Below are positions 52,745 through 63,805 of a stretch of DNA of 64,000 nucleotides, in pieces. Below the pieces are notes generated by a model, which worked only from the letters and a program-made list of their open reading frames with translations, was not told where the DNA came from and made no database searches. Source of the DNA: an uncultured Prolixibacteraceae bacterium (GTDB lineage Bacteria; Bacteroidota; Bacteroidia; Bacteroidales; FEN-979); NCBI GenBank assembly GCA_964449285.1, contig CAYUZX010000011.1, positions 612 through 64,611 on the forward strand, given 5' to 3'. A program made the position numbers and the translations under genes. The number at the start of each line of letters is the position of its first letter. Positions within the stretch are counted from its first letter, which is position 1.

Positions 52745-55000
52745 TTACTTCTTCATATAGTTCAGCGCACTACCCGCCTTGAACCATTTTATCTGCAACG
52801 TTCCATAGCTATGGTTCACGGCGATCTTTTCAGAGCTGCCATCAGCATGATGGAGCACCAGGATTAACGGAACCCCCGGCGTGAATGTTTCCAACCCCAT
52901 CACGTCGATGATGTCATCTTCCCGGATCCGGTCATAATCTGTAGGATTGGCGAAGGTGAGTGCGAGCATCCCCTGCTTTTTCAGGTTGGTCTCGTGGATC
53001 CGGGCAAACGATTTCACCAGTACTACCCTGGTGTTCAGAAATCTGGGTTCCATGGCTGCATGCTCCCTGGAAGAGCCCTCTCCGTAATTTTCATCGCCCA
53101 CGATGATCGAGCCAATGGTTTTGCTTTTGTAATCACGTGCTACCTTTGAGACCTCTCCATACTCGCCCGTGGTTTGGTTTTTCACGGCGTTTGTTTTGTC
53201 GTTGAACGCGTTGACAGCGCCCATCAGCAGGTTGTTGGATATGTTGTCGAGATGCCCGCGGAACTTCAGCCATGGTCCTGCCATCGAGATGTGGTCGGTC
53301 GTGCATTTGCCTTTGGCTTTGATCAGCAAACGCAGTCTGGTAATATCTTTGCCGTCCCAGGGGGTGAACGGTTCAAGGAGCTGCAACCGTTCCGATGCCG
53401 GATTTACCTTGATGGTGATGGCGCTTCCGTCGTCGGGAGGAGCCAGGAAGCCGGTCTCTTTTACCTCAAATCCGTTTGGAGGAAGCTCATATCCGGTAGG
53501 TTCATCAAGCATCACCTCGTTGCCCTCCTTGTTCGTCAGTTTATCTTTCATGGGATTGAAGGCCAGCGATCCGGCCAGCGCCATGGCGGTTACGATCTCC
53601 GGGGAGGCCACGAAGGCATGGGTGCTTGCATTGCCGTCGTTGCGCTTGGCGAAATTCCTGTTGAAGGAGGTGATGATAGAGTTCTTCCGGGTAGGATCCT
53701 CCATGTGGCGTGCCCATTGCCCGATGCAGGGCCCGCAGGCGTTCGCCATCACCACCCCGCCAATCTCGTCAAATACTCCCAGAAGTCCGTCACGTTCGGC
53801 AGTAAACCTGATTTGTTCCGATCCCGGTGTAATCAGGTATTCCGATTTTACGGCCAGTTTTTTCTCTCCAGCCTGCCTGGCAATCGATGCAGCCCTCGTA
53901 AGATCTTCGTAAGAAGAGTTTGTACAGGATCCAATGAGTCCCACTTCCAGCTTCCCGGGGTATCCGTTCTCATGGAGGAACGAGGCCAGTTGTGAGACAG
54001 GTGTTGCCACATCCGGAGAAAACGGACCGTTCACATAAGGTTCAAGGGTCGACAGATTAATCTTGATATATTGGTCGTAGTAAGCTTCCGGATTCTTCAT
54101 CACCTGATCGTCAGGGCGAAGCAGGTGAGCATGTTCATCAGCCAGAGCTGATAATCCCGACCGGCCGGTGGCATCAAGGAAGGATTTCATTTTGCCGTCA
54201 TAGGCAAAGATAGAGCAGGTAGCTCCGATTTCAGCTCCCATGTTGCAGATGGTTCCTTTTCCGGTACAGGACATGCTTTCGGCACCCTCTCCGAAATACT
54301 CAACAATGAAGCCTGTGCCTCCTTTGACCGTCAGGATTCCGGCCAGCTTCAGGATTACATCTTTCGGACTGGCCCACCCGTTCAGCTTTCCCACAAGTTC
54401 TACACCAAACACTTTAGGCATTTTGAGTTCAAGGGGCATCCCCGACATCACATCCACGGCATCTGCACCTCCAACACCAATGGCTACCATGCCCAGTCCT
54501 CCGGCATTTGGGGTATGGGAATCGGTGCCAATCATCATGCCACCCGGGAAGGCGTAATTCTCAAATATAACCTGGTGGATGATCCCGGCGCCGGGCTTCC
54601 AGAATCCAATCCCGTATTTGGCGGAGACGGTCTGCAAAAAGTCATAAACCTCCTTGTTGGTTATCAACGCCTGAGGCAGGTCGCTGTTCACCCCCTCCTT
54701 GGCCAGGATCAGGTGATCGCAATGGACGGTAGCAGGGACGGCGCTTGTCTTCCTGCCGGCGGTCATAAACTGTAGCAACGCCATCTGGGCTGTCGCATCC
54801 TGCATGGCGACCCGGTCGGGTTGGAAATTGACATAGTCGACACCTTTTTTTAACGGCTTTTCAGGAATGGGATCAAAAAGATGCCCGTAAAGGATTTTAT
54901 CCGTCAGGGTTAACGAACGGCCTGATAAATTTCTTGCAACATCCACCCCCGAAGCTAGTTTCCGGTAGGTTTCGCGGATTAAATTCAGATCAATCATCAT
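52745..55000 (-). CDS. acnA: Aconitate hydratase (monomeric ~750-aa, mitochondrial-like type)
   Basis: [33 protein letters not shown] (Fe-S Cys ligands), [10 protein letters not shown]. Confidence 0.92.
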   Translation of the reverse strand: MMIDLNLIRETYRKLASGVDVARNLSGRSLTLTDKILYGHLFDPIPEKPLKKGVDYVNFQPDRVAMQDATAQMALLQFMTAGRKTSAVPATVHCDHLILAKEGVNSDLPQALITNKEVYDFLQTVSAKYGIGFWKPGAGIIHQVIFENYAFPGGMMIGTDSHTPNAGGLGMVAIGVGGADAVDVMSGMPLELKMPKVFGVELVGKLNGWASPKDVILKLAGILTVKGGTGFIVEYFGEGAESMSCTGKGTICNMGAEIGATCSIFAYDGKMKSFLDATGRSGLSALADEHAHLLRPDDQVMKNPEAYYDQYIKINLSTLEPYVNGPFSPDVATPVSQLASFLHENGYPGKLEVGLIGSCTNSSYEDLTRAASIARQAGEKKLAVKSEYLITPGSEQIRFTAERDGLLGVFDEIGGVVMANACGPCIGQWARHMEDPTRKNSIITSFNRNFAKRNDGNASTHAFVASPEIVTAMALAGSLAFNPMKDKLTNKEGNEVMLDEPTGYELPPNGFEVKETGFLAPPDDGSAITIKVNPASERLQLLEPFTPWDGKDITRLRLLIKAKGKCTTDHISMAGPWLKFRGHLDNISNNLLMGAVNAFNDKTNAVKNQTTGEYGEVSKVARDYKSKTIGSIIVGDENYGEGSSREHAAMEPRFLNTRVVLVKSFARIHETNLKKQGMLALTFANPTDYDRIREDDIIDVMGLETFTPGVPLILVLHHADGSSEKIAVNHSYGTLQIKWFKAGSALNYMKK

Positions 55001-55055
55001 GATTCTTTTGGAATTATTTAATTGAGAACAAATTTAACAAGATAAGTATAATAAA

Positions 55056-55063
55056 TAAATTTG
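55056..55063 (+). promoter_or_regulatory. Candidate -7 box TAAATTTG (TAnnTTTG)
   Basis: 29 nt upstream of the ATG at 55092, in the 91-nt divergent intergenic region. Confidence 0.3.
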
Positions 55064-55091
55064 CAATTGATAAAAAAGAGGGGAGAGAGAG

Positions 55092-58000
55092 ATGTCAGAT
55101 CCTGAGAACAGGTTGTTAACGTGGAAAAATAGTCATCCGGACAAGTCCCATCCAATCCAGGAAGCGATTCGACTGCTGGAAGAAGCTGAACAGGTGTTGA
55201 CTTCCGGAGGGCAAGATCAGTTTTCGCGAGAGTGGTGGATGGATCTCATCGATACAACCCGGCAACCGGCATATCTTCTGGCCCTTGGATCCCCCGAAAC
55301 GCGGATTCGATGGACTGAGATGATCTTCCAGGTCATCCGGGGCATCAACTATTCCCTGATTGACATGATCAGGCAGCGGGTGGCGAAACATCCTGCCAGG
55401 GTGTTGTTTTGCAACCTTTCGAATTCTGGCAAGGTGGAATGGACCTATGTGCAGATCTTCAGGCATCTGCGGGAATTAGCCGCTCTTTTTTACAAAGAGA
55501 GTGATACTCCACGGGTTGCCCTGTTTACGGAAAACTGCCTTGAGGGTGCTGCGACCGATCTGGCTTGCCTTTCGCACGACATCTTCGTCACTCCGCTGAG
55601 CCCTCACTTCAGGGAGGAGACACTGGTATCTATTATTGACCAGTTAAAAATAAACCTGGTTGTTACAGATACAGCCAGCCGGATTTCTGTGCTGCAATCG
55701 TTGTTGAAAAAGGCGCCAATTCCGTTCAGGGTATTTACACTCCAGCCAGGTGTACTGCAGGAGGGGGTGCAATACCTGCCCGAGGCTTGCAAAAAGCTCT
55801 CCCTGAACGAAATATCCGCTCTTCTCGATACACGCAAACCACTTCCCGTCAACACGGTGATTACAACCATGTTCACTTCGGGAAGTACCGGTGTGCCGAA
55901 AGGAGTCTCCTTTTCCAATTACAACATTGTAAGCAAGCGGTTTGCCAGGGCTGCCGCCCTCCCGGCTGTAGGAGAACAAACCTTTCTCAGCTACCTCCCG
56001 CTATACCATACTTTCGGGCGTTATCTGGAGATGATGGGCGCCATCTTCTGGAGCGGCACCTATATTTTCGCCGGAAATACTTCACCCGAAACCCTCTTCT
56101 CCCTTTTTCCTAAAACAAAACCCACCGGGTTTATCTCTATCCCACTCCGATGGCAAGAGCTCTATGACCTGTGCCAGGAACAGATCGGCACACAGGAGGA
56201 TCGTACGCTGCAAACGGAAGCAGTGAGAACGGTAGTTGGGGAGCGGCTACGATGGGGGCTTTCAGCGGCAGGGTATCTCGACCCCAGGGTATTCCGTTTT
56301 TTCAACCATCATGGAATCCAGCTCTGCAGCGGGTTCGGGATGACAGAGGCTACCGGTGGGATCACCATGACGGAACCCGGCAGGTATAAGGATGGTACGG
56401 TCGGATTGCCGTTACCCGGAGTCTATCCACGTCTCACGGCTGAAGGAGAGATGGAACTTCGTGGACATTATATTACCCGGTACCTGGAAGATGCCGGTCC
56501 GGGCGATGTTATCCCGTTTCCTGTATCCGACAGTCAGGACGCCTGGCTTCCGACAGGGGATGTCTTCAAGGTAACAAAAGAGGGACACTACCAGATCGTT
56601 GACCGGGTAAAAGATATCTACAAGAACAACCGGGGGCAAACGATCGCACCGCAGGTGATCGAGAAGAAGTTTTTTCGGGTTCCGGGAATCCAGTCCTGCT
56701 TCCTCGCAGGAGATCACTGGTCCTACAATGTGTTGCTGATTGTCCCTGATAAGGAGGACCGGATCTACAGAACCCTGAGAGGAGAAAAGCTCCGTGAATA
56801 TTACCGTCAGGTCATCACGGCAGCCAATGCCAACGTGGCCCCTTATGAAAGGGTGGTCAACTTCACCATCCTCACTCGGAACTTCTCTGCCTCCAGGGGG
56901 GAGTTGACTCCTAAAGGATCATTTAACCGAAAGACTATTGCGCATAACTTCAGGAAGGAGATCGACCTGCTTTACACCAGCAATTACACCCTGATTACAA
57001 CTCCCAACAGGATGGTTCAGATCCCGAAATGGTTATACCGTGATCTGGGAATCCTGGAAACTGACATCGTATATCAGGCCGGGAAGCTGATCAACCGCAG
57101 AAATAAAACCAGGCTTACGTTCAGGCGTATCAGGGAAGGGCGTCTTCGGATCGGAGATCTCGTTTACGCGGTGAACGAGGAGTTCGTTGACCTGGGGATC
57201 TTCACCCGCCAGCCTGCCTTATGGATTGGGAATCCTGAACTGGTCCGGTTCTTCCCTGTCAGGGAAGGGTGGGATCTCCCGGTAAAAAAGATGGCGGAAA
57301 CCATCTGTATCGCCCGGTTCAAATGCCTTACGGGGGATTGCATTCCCGAATTGACAGGGGTGCTAGACCCGCAATTGATCCGAATCAATAAGCTGCTCTT
57401 TGCTGCTATTTTCTCCGGGTTACAACAGGCGTTGCAAGCCATCAGGGAATTGGGAGACCTGTTTCCTTCCCTGGAACCCAGACTGTCTGATGTGGTAAGG
57501 CACCGGATGGAGGCGCTTGCCTATCATCCCGCAGAGGAGGTCCGGACGCTGGCTTATCGGATCATCCTACTCCAGGCTCCCCAACCTGAACGAATCCCCT
57601 ATATGCCGGCTTTCATTGAATCGGGACTTTCCTTTCTCAATGAAGAGTCGATCACCGATATTGCAAACAGCAATTTCGGGAAACATCGGTTGGATGCGTT
57701 AAAAAGGCGTCTCTATTACTACAGAAACCAGTTGACCTGGCCAGCCAACCGAAAAAACAGACGGCAGTTTGCCGATATCCTCTCGATGCTCTACACATTT
57801 GCCGTGAATCATATGGAATTCTACGGCCCGGTTCGGGCGGAACTCTCCCGCTGGGCGTTACACCGGCAGGATCCATGGCTATCGAAGAGGGCAGGGGAAC
57901 TCTTTATGCAGCTTGCCGGGATATTTGAGGCGGAGATGGCCCGGCAGGCAATCAAATTTCCCATGAGTTTCTGGAAGTCGCGCGTGACGTTTGAACAGAA

Positions 58001-59672
58001 CATCCCGGAACGTGAAAAAGATCGGATCCTGACATTGTTTCAGACCACAACCTTTCTTGAGGAGAGCGTCCTCCTGACCTCTAACGGTCAGCAATTTCAT
58101 CTGGAAGATGTTCCCGAAAATGGCATCTGGGTATTGCGGATGCTCGCGTTCAAGGAATACAATCATTACCGGCTGAGTATCAATACCGGGAGTGACCAGC
58201 ACTTCGACCTGCATGTGGTGTTAAGTGAAAGCCCGGTGTTTAAACCAAACCACGACCTCTTCTATTGGCTGGCTTCAATGGCTGGCCATCCATACGGTCC
58301 TACGGTAGCTCCAATACTTGGAAGCAACAAACCAGGTCATGAAGCGTTGAGTACGCAATATATCGGCGGGTTGACCGCGTGGGATAAAATCCGTGAGCTT
58401 TCAGAAATTCATCAATCGGCCGGATACATTCGTGAAAATGCCTGGAGGAAGATCTTTATCAAGGCGTTTACAGTGATCTTCAGGGCCTGGGAGTACAGTG
58501 GTTACCAGATCGTTCCCGGCGCCATCTCCCCTGCTAACATTGTGATTCCGGAATTGGATTTCAGAGAGACTGCGGTCATCCTCTCCCTTACAGGATGGTC
58601 TCCCTATAAAGGACCCCTCTCCCTGGTGGAACCGATGATGCGGGATTTCTATTGCAAAACTACTGCACTTTATCCCTGGTGCAGGAGTCAACTGGATGTC
58701 AGGTGGATTTTTGATGCATCTATCGAAGCGATGGGGAAGAAGGAGGCTCAACGGTTTCTGGAAACACTGTCGAAAGATCTCGCCGAACACGATATCCGCT
58801 GTGCCGATGACTCCAGGCTTCTCCAACATCTGGAGGACTATCTCAGGGAGATATTTCCATCATTTTACCTGCCACTTTCCTTATCCAGCGCCGTTGAGCA
58901 GTATCAGGAATGGAACCGGATGAACCCCCTTACCACCTCCCAGGCAAAGGAGCAAACCATCAGGGAGTTGATGGAACTCTATAGATTGTTTTCATACCCC
59001 GACCTGGTCCGCTTTGTTCTTTACCGCCAAACATATTTTGCTGATAAACAGGAAGATATCAGAACGGCATTCGATGCCCTTATTTCCCGATTGTGTACAG
59101 ATCAAAACCTGCTTCCCATACAGTCGCTGGAACTTTCGGAGCTTCAGTCGGTAATCAGTGAGCATGAAGATAAAGAGCTTTTCAACCGGATGGTGTTTCC
59201 CAGATTACAAACGAGGCAGCGGTTTGATTTTTTGAAACGGAGTGAAGAACCTACCAGCCAGGTGATTGTTCAGTTTGACCTGAAGGATAAAACAGGACGT
59301 TCCTATCTCTTTCATGAACCGGTTGAACCGAGAGAGGTTGGACAACTGTATCAACTCTTCTTCAGGGAGGATTACCCCAGGGAACCGATGGAACATGACC
59401 GGTTGGCTGTGGTGACCGAACCTGACGGTAGGGTTGTTGGAGGGGCTACATGGCATTTTTTGGACGAAAAAAATGTACTGTTAGACGGAATTGTTGTAAC
59501 TTCCGCCCTTCAGGGAAGAGGGTTGGGATCAGCCACCATGGAGACATTCTTTACTTTTATAGCTGCCCAGGGAATCGAAGTCGTGAAAGCGCATTTTCTT
59601 TTTGGGAATTATTACCTGAAACACTATTTTGAAGTTGACCGGCTATGGGGTGCTCTTGTTAAAAAATTATAA
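55092..59672 (+). CDS. 1526-aa fusion: AMP-forming acyl-CoA synthetase/ligase domain + ~750-aa unknown region + C-terminal GNAT acetyltransferase
   Basis: TMFTSGSTGVPKGV, GFGMTEATGG, LPTGDV, DRVKDIYK (adenylate-forming core, aa ~90-640). C-terminus VVTSALQGRGLGSATMETF is a GNAT acyl-CoA-binding loop. Confidence 0.8.
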   Translation: MSDPENRLLTWKNSHPDKSHPIQEAIRLLEEAEQVLTSGGQDQFSREWWMDLIDTTRQPAYLLALGSPETRIRWTEMIFQVIRGINYSLIDMIRQRVAKHPARVLFCNLSNSGKVEWTYVQIFRHLRELAALFYKESDTPRVALFTENCLEGAATDLACLSHDIFVTPLSPHFREETLVSIIDQLKINLVVTDTASRISVLQSLLKKAPIPFRVFTLQPGVLQEGVQYLPEACKKLSLNEISALLDTRKPLPVNTVITTMFTSGSTGVPKGVSFSNYNIVSKRFARAAALPAVGEQTFLSYLPLYHTFGRYLEMMGAIFWSGTYIFAGNTSPETLFSLFPKTKPTGFISIPLRWQELYDLCQEQIGTQEDRTLQTEAVRTVVGERLRWGLSAAGYLDPRVFRFFNHHGIQLCSGFGMTEATGGITMTEPGRYKDGTVGLPLPGVYPRLTAEGEMELRGHYITRYLEDAGPGDVIPFPVSDSQDAWLPTGDVFKVTKEGHYQIVDRVKDIYKNNRGQTIAPQVIEKKFFRVPGIQSCFLAGDHWSYNVLLIVPDKEDRIYRTLRGEKLREYYRQVITAANANVAPYERVVNFTILTRNFSASRGELTPKGSFNRKTIAHNFRKEIDLLYTSNYTLITTPNRMVQIPKWLYRDLGILETDIVYQAGKLINRRNKTRLTFRRIREGRLRIGDLVYAVNEEFVDLGIFTRQPALWIGNPELVRFFPVREGWDLPVKKMAETICIARFKCLTGDCIPELTGVLDPQLIRINKLLFAAIFSGLQQALQAIRELGDLFPSLEPRLSDVVRHRMEALAYHPAEEVRTLAYRIILLQAPQPERIPYMPAFIESGLSFLNEESITDIANSNFGKHRLDALKRRLYYYRNQLTWPANRKNRRQFADILSMLYTFAVNHMEFYGPVRAELSRWALHRQDPWLSKRAGELFMQLAGIFEAEMARQAIKFPMSFWKSRVTFEQNIPEREKDRILTLFQTTTFLEESVLLTSNGQQFHLEDVPENGIWVLRMLAFKEYNHYRLSINTGSDQHFDLHVVLSESPVFKPNHDLFYWLASMAGHPYGPTVAPILGSNKPGHEALSTQYIGGLTAWDKIRELSEIHQSAGYIRENAWRKIFIKAFTVIFRAWEYSGYQIVPGAISPANIVIPELDFRETAVILSLTGWSPYKGPLSLVEPMMRDFYCKTTALYPWCRSQLDVRWIFDASIEAMGKKEAQRFLETLSKDLAEHDIRCADDSRLLQHLEDYLREIFPSFYLPLSLSSAVEQYQEWNRMNPLTTSQAKEQTIRELMELYRLFSYPDLVRFVLYRQTYFADKQEDIRTAFDALISRLCTDQNLLPIQSLELSELQSVISEHEDKELFNRMVFPRLQTRQRFDFLKRSEEPTSQVIVQFDLKDKTGRSYLFHEPVEPREVGQLYQLFFREDYPREPMEHDRLAVVTEPDGRVVGGATWHFLDEKNVLLDGIVVTSALQGRGLGSATMETFFTFIAAQGIEVVKAHFLFGNYYLKHYFEVDRLWGALVKKL

Positions 59673-59688
59673 AATAAATCTCTAAAAC

Positions 59689-60963
59689 GTGAATCTTATG
59701 ACTGGAGAAAAAATTATTATCAAGGATGGTAAATTAGTTGTACCGGATTTTCCGGTAATCCCTTTCATTGAAGGTGACGGAACAGGACCGGATATCTGGA
59801 ATTCAAGCGTACATGTGTTTGATGCGGCGGTGGGAAAAGCCTATGGCGGAAAACGGAAGATTATCTGGAGAGAGGTTTTAGCCGGACAAAAAGCTTTTGA
59901 CAAAACCGGAGAGTGGCTTCCACAGGCAACTCTCGACACCATCAATGAATACCTGGTAGCGATCAAAGGGCCGCTTACAACCCCTGTCGGCGGTGGAATC
60001 CGTTCCCTCAATGTAGCCTTGCGCCAGATTCTCGACCTTTACACCTGCCTGCGCCCGGTGCGCTATTTCAAAGGCGTTCCTTCTCCGGTCAAGCGGCCTG
60101 AGCTCACCGACATGGTGATTTTTAGGGAGAATACAGAAGATATCTATGCCGGAATTGAATGGATGGCTGGCAGTCCGGAAGTCGAGAAGGTGATTAATTT
60201 TCTCATCAACGATATGGGCGTGAAGAAAATCCGCTTCCCGAAGAGCTCTTCCATCGGCATTAAGCCTGTTTCCAAAGAGGGAACCGAACGACTTGTAAGG
60301 GCTGCCATTGAGTACGCACTAAGCCACGCTAGAACATCTGTTACCCTGGTTCACAAAGGGAATATCATGAAGTTTACGGAAGGCCAGTTCAAGCAATGGG
60401 GGTATGACCTCGCTGAGCGGGAGTTTGGGAATAAGGTCTTTACCTGGCAGCAATACGACAAAATCAAGGCTGAAAAAGGGGAAGAGGCTGCCAATGCAGC
60501 TCAGAATGAAGCCCTCGCTGCCGGAAAGCTCCTCATCAAGGATGTGATCGCCGATGCCTTCCTGCAGCAGATCCTCACCCGTCCGGCCGAATATGCGGTG
60601 ATCGCCACACTCAACCTCAACGGCGACTATATCTCCGACGCGCTGGCCGCGATCGTCGGCGGAATCGGGATCGCTCCCGGAGCCAATATCAACTACGAAA
60701 CCGGTCATGCTATCTTCGAAGCCACTCACGGAACCGCTCCCAAGTATGCCGGTAAAGACCAGGTGAATCCTGGCTCAATAATTCTCTCGGGAGTGCTGAT
60801 GCTCGAGTACATGGGCTGGCAGGAAGCTGCCAACCTTATCGTCAAAGGACTCGAAGGTGCGATTCATAACAAACGCGTCACCTACGATTTCCACCGCCTG
60901 ATGGAGGGCGCTACCAAGCTGAAGTGCTCCGAGTTTGGGGAAGAGATTATCGCTAATATGTAA
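59689..60963 (+). CDS. icd: NADP-dependent isocitrate dehydrogenase (homodimeric bacterial type)
   Basis: [67 protein letters not shown] at 59689 or ATG at 59698. Confidence 0.92.
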   Translation: MNLMTGEKIIIKDGKLVVPDFPVIPFIEGDGTGPDIWNSSVHVFDAAVGKAYGGKRKIIWREVLAGQKAFDKTGEWLPQATLDTINEYLVAIKGPLTTPVGGGIRSLNVALRQILDLYTCLRPVRYFKGVPSPVKRPELTDMVIFRENTEDIYAGIEWMAGSPEVEKVINFLINDMGVKKIRFPKSSSIGIKPVSKEGTERLVRAAIEYALSHARTSVTLVHKGNIMKFTEGQFKQWGYDLAEREFGNKVFTWQQYDKIKAEKGEEAANAAQNEALAAGKLLIKDVIADAFLQQILTRPAEYAVIATLNLNGDYISDALAAIVGGIGIAPGANINYETGHAIFEATHGTAPKYAGKDQVNPGSIILSGVLMLEYMGWQEAANLIVKGLEGAIHNKRVTYDFHRLMEGATKLKCSEFGEEIIANM

Positions 60964-60972
60964 TACCGGTCT

Positions 60973-61001
60973 GTAGGGACGGGTTCCGAACCCGCCCCTA
61001 C
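60973..61001. terminator. GC-rich palindrome after icd (GTAGGGACGGGTT-CCG-AACCCGCCCCTAC)
   Basis: 13-bp stem with one mismatch, 10 nt after the stop. Same element family as 2780-2802. Confidence 0.5.
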
Positions 61002-61123
61002 AACCAGGTCGCCCATACAGGGATGGCATTAAATTCTCATTAAATATACGTCTGACCTTGAATGATTGTCTATAGATCCATTTAACTTTACACGATTCAA
61101 TTGATCTTGATTAATCTTGGAAA

Positions 61124-62305
61124 TTGAGGACTAGCTTTTTTTCTGGAGGATCCACTTTGGGCGACAATGTTTTAAAGTTGCTGCTTCCCATCCTGATAGG
61201 TGTTTTATTCATTGCTTGTTCGAAAAAGGAAACGACGATTGAACCTATTCAATTTAGCGCTGACATGCAATCCAGGCTGGAAGCTACACTAGATAAAGCC
61301 ATGATGGAAAATAACATCCCGGGAGCTATCGTCGGCATCTGGATCCCTGGAGAAGGAAGTTGGGTGAAGGCAAAAGGGATCGCCAACCTCACTACCGACC
61401 AACCAATGAAACCGGAAAATCATTTCCGGATGGGAAGCATTACGAAAACCTTTACCGGAACGCTCGTCCTTCAGCTAGTCGATGAGGGGTTGATCCATCT
61501 CGATTCATCACTGGCATATTACCTCCCTCAATATCCTTTTCAATATGCCGACAAGATCAAGGTAAGGCTACTCGGAAACATGAGGGCCGGTATTTACAGT
61601 TATACTGACGACAGTACGTGGAATAAGACCATGCTAGCCAATAATTTCGAAACTCAATTTTCGGCCGACTCTCTGGTTAAAATATCCCTCAGCCACACCT
61701 GCATTGAACCAGGAGTTCACTATTATTACTGCAATACGAATACGGTCCTGCTGGGTCTTATTTGTGAAAAGGTAACAGGCAAACCAATCAGAGAGCTGTT
61801 TCAGGAAAAACTATTTATTCCCAACGGATTGGATCACACATTCTGGCCTCAAACCCATTTTTTACCTGAACCTTTTTCTCATGGCTATACGAACAGGACC
61901 TGGACGGGCCCGGGCGAATTGAAAGATGCCACATTTTTCAATCCCTCCTGGGCTGATGCTGCAGGCATCCTGGTCACCAATATCTATGATTTGAAGAAAT
62001 GGATCCGGCTGGTTGGAACAGGAGCGCTCTATTCACCAGCCATGCAGGCGGAACGATTGAAATTTACCGATTATTATGGATTTGCCCTGATGGATATCTA
62101 CGGATGGCTCGGGCACTTCGGCGCAATTCCAGGTTACACATCAGGTGCTTTTTACTATCCGGCCAAGGAAGCTATCCTGGTGATCCATGTGAATTCAAAC
62201 ATAGATAACCCTTCTACCGGGAATTCACCGGCTGAGGAGGTAGGTAAGGCCTTTATGGAACTATTGACGCCTCCGGCTCCGATGTTGCATCATGTTGAAT
62301 TATAA
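61124..62305 (+). CDS. Serine hydrolase, beta-lactamase/DD-peptidase (class C-like) family lipoprotein
   Basis: Lipobox (LFIACS), SxxK motif GSITKTFTG, YxN motif YYCNTN. TTG start is uncertain. Confidence 0.75.
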   Translation: MRTSFFSGGSTLGDNVLKLLLPILIGVLFIACSKKETTIEPIQFSADMQSRLEATLDKAMMENNIPGAIVGIWIPGEGSWVKAKGIANLTTDQPMKPENHFRMGSITKTFTGTLVLQLVDEGLIHLDSSLAYYLPQYPFQYADKIKVRLLGNMRAGIYSYTDDSTWNKTMLANNFETQFSADSLVKISLSHTCIEPGVHYYYCNTNTVLLGLICEKVTGKPIRELFQEKLFIPNGLDHTFWPQTHFLPEPFSHGYTNRTWTGPGELKDATFFNPSWADAAGILVTNIYDLKKWIRLVGTGALYSPAMQAERLKFTDYYGFALMDIYGWLGHFGAIPGYTSGAFYYPAKEAILVIHVNSNIDNPSTGNSPAEEVGKAFMELLTPPAPMLHHVEL

Positions 62306-62364
62306 CATATAGTGAAACGGGTATCATTTGAACGGACTCAACCATGAGACAATTTGTGTTTCCG

Positions 62365-62418
62365 ATGGTTCTCGCCGTAAGGCTGATGACGGTTTACCTA
62401 GAGGCGTTAAAAAAATAG
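62365..62418 (+). other. Conserved 17-codon mini-ORF MVLAVRLMTVYLEALKK* upstream of the second hydrolase gene
   Basis: Paralogous to the first 17 codons of 63691-63741. Differences are mostly synonymous or conservative. Confidence 0.4.
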
Positions 62419-62470
62419 CCCCGTTTGGAATACGGGTGAAAATTGGATCGGCTATGAGACCCAGGCTAAA

Positions 62471-63685
62471 ATGCACAAAAAACAAAAGATGAAAACAACG
62501 TATGTGACCATTCTCGCGATCCTGCTGGCAACGGCCTGGGGTTGCAAAAAATCGGATAATCCGCCTTCGACGGATTACAACCAGGCTCTCCAGTATTCCC
62601 TGGATACGACATGGCAAAGCTTTACCAGCCAGCTTCCTGACTGGCAGGGAGGATTGGGAGTTTATATTGTCAGTCCCAAGGGGACCTACTTCGTCTCGTC
62701 AAGTCTCGAGCCGGGGGTTTCTGCCGGGTCCCATTTCCGGGCTGCCAGTATCACGAAATCCTTCACCGCTGCTGCCGTCATGCTTCTCGATCAGCAGGGA
62801 AAACTGAACATCGAAGATACGGTGACCCAACTGATTCCCGGAACAACCATTACTTACCTTCCTGATGATACATCCTACCAGATACCGTATAAGGAGAGGA
62901 TTACCATCCGCCAGCTTCTGGAACACCGGGCAAACATCTTCGACCAGGTCAATTCCCCGGTACCGGATACAGTTAGTGCATGGTATGCAGGACAGATCTA
63001 TTACATGGCGATCCTGATGCAACTAGACCGATACCACCAGTTTACCCTCGACGAACTTCACCGGCTAATCTCCCGCTTTCAGCTTACCTATGGCGAACCG
63101 GGGATTGAACACCATTATAGCAACAATGGGTACACCCTGCTTGCCAAGATCATCGAACGGGTCAGTGGAAAAACATACCATGATTTTGTCAGGGATGAGC
63201 TCATTGTGAAAAACCAGCTTAACGAAACCACCCTGCCTTTCCTTGGCACGGATACTGCGCTGCCTGCTCCTTTTCTTCACGGATATGTCTATATGAACAG
63301 TACCTCGGTCGACTTAACCATGTTCAACATGTCGTTCGGCATCGGCGAAGGCAATATGATCTCCAGTTTCAGGGATCTGGCCACTTTCTACAGAAACCTG
63401 TTTACAGGTAAGGCCGGACTGAATTCCACGCAGGTGAACCGGATGATGGAGTGCTTACCGTCAAACGATTTATACGGACTTGGGATCGAATTCACAGAAG
63501 GTCTCGGATACGGCCACACAGGTTGTCAGTTCGGATATCTTACTGTTGCAGGTTATGATCCCGCTACCGATTGTATGGTCATCTCGGAATCTACGCTCTA
63601 TCCCCAGGATCACCCGCTGAACCAAGCACAGGGCAAAGCGGTTGTAGCCCTTCTTAAAACAATGAAGCAAACGATGGGGTATTAA
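62471..63685 (+). CDS. Serine hydrolase, beta-lactamase/DD-peptidase family lipoprotein (paralogue of 61124-62305)
   Basis: Lipobox (ATAWGC), SxxK AASITKSFTA, YxN YSNNG. Confidence 0.75.
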   Translation: MHKKQKMKTTYVTILAILLATAWGCKKSDNPPSTDYNQALQYSLDTTWQSFTSQLPDWQGGLGVYIVSPKGTYFVSSSLEPGVSAGSHFRAASITKSFTAAAVMLLDQQGKLNIEDTVTQLIPGTTITYLPDDTSYQIPYKERITIRQLLEHRANIFDQVNSPVPDTVSAWYAGQIYYMAILMQLDRYHQFTLDELHRLISRFQLTYGEPGIEHHYSNNGYTLLAKIIERVSGKTYHDFVRDELIVKNQLNETTLPFLGTDTALPAPFLHGYVYMNSTSVDLTMFNMSFGIGEGNMISSFRDLATFYRNLFTGKAGLNSTQVNRMMECLPSNDLYGLGIEFTEGLGYGHTGCQFGYLTVAGYDPATDCMVISESTLYPQDHPLNQAQGKAVVALLKTMKQTMGY

Positions 63686-63690
63686 CCGGA

Positions 63691-63741
63691 ATGGTCCTTG
63701 CTAACGTGCTGATGACGATTTACCTGGAGGCGGTAAAAGAA
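63691..63741 (+). other. Second copy of the mini-ORF (MVLANVLMTIYLEAVKE...), stop lost
   Basis: See 62365-62418. It lies 64 nt upstream of the ATG at 63806. Confidence 0.35.
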
Positions 63742-63805
63742 TACCACCATCTAAAACTCTTTTCCAATGAAATATTCATACAAACGTCGTTCAAACCAAC
63801 CGAAC

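Noticed and set aside
53169-53995. 247- and 273-aa plus-strand ORFs inside the aconitase gene
   Set aside because: They are antisense to a near-certain aconitase CDS.
60973-61001. tRNA-like T-arm (GGGTTCCGAACCC)
   Set aside because: No acceptor, D or anticodon arms can be built around it. It is a simple palindrome, also present inside a CDS at 2780-2802.
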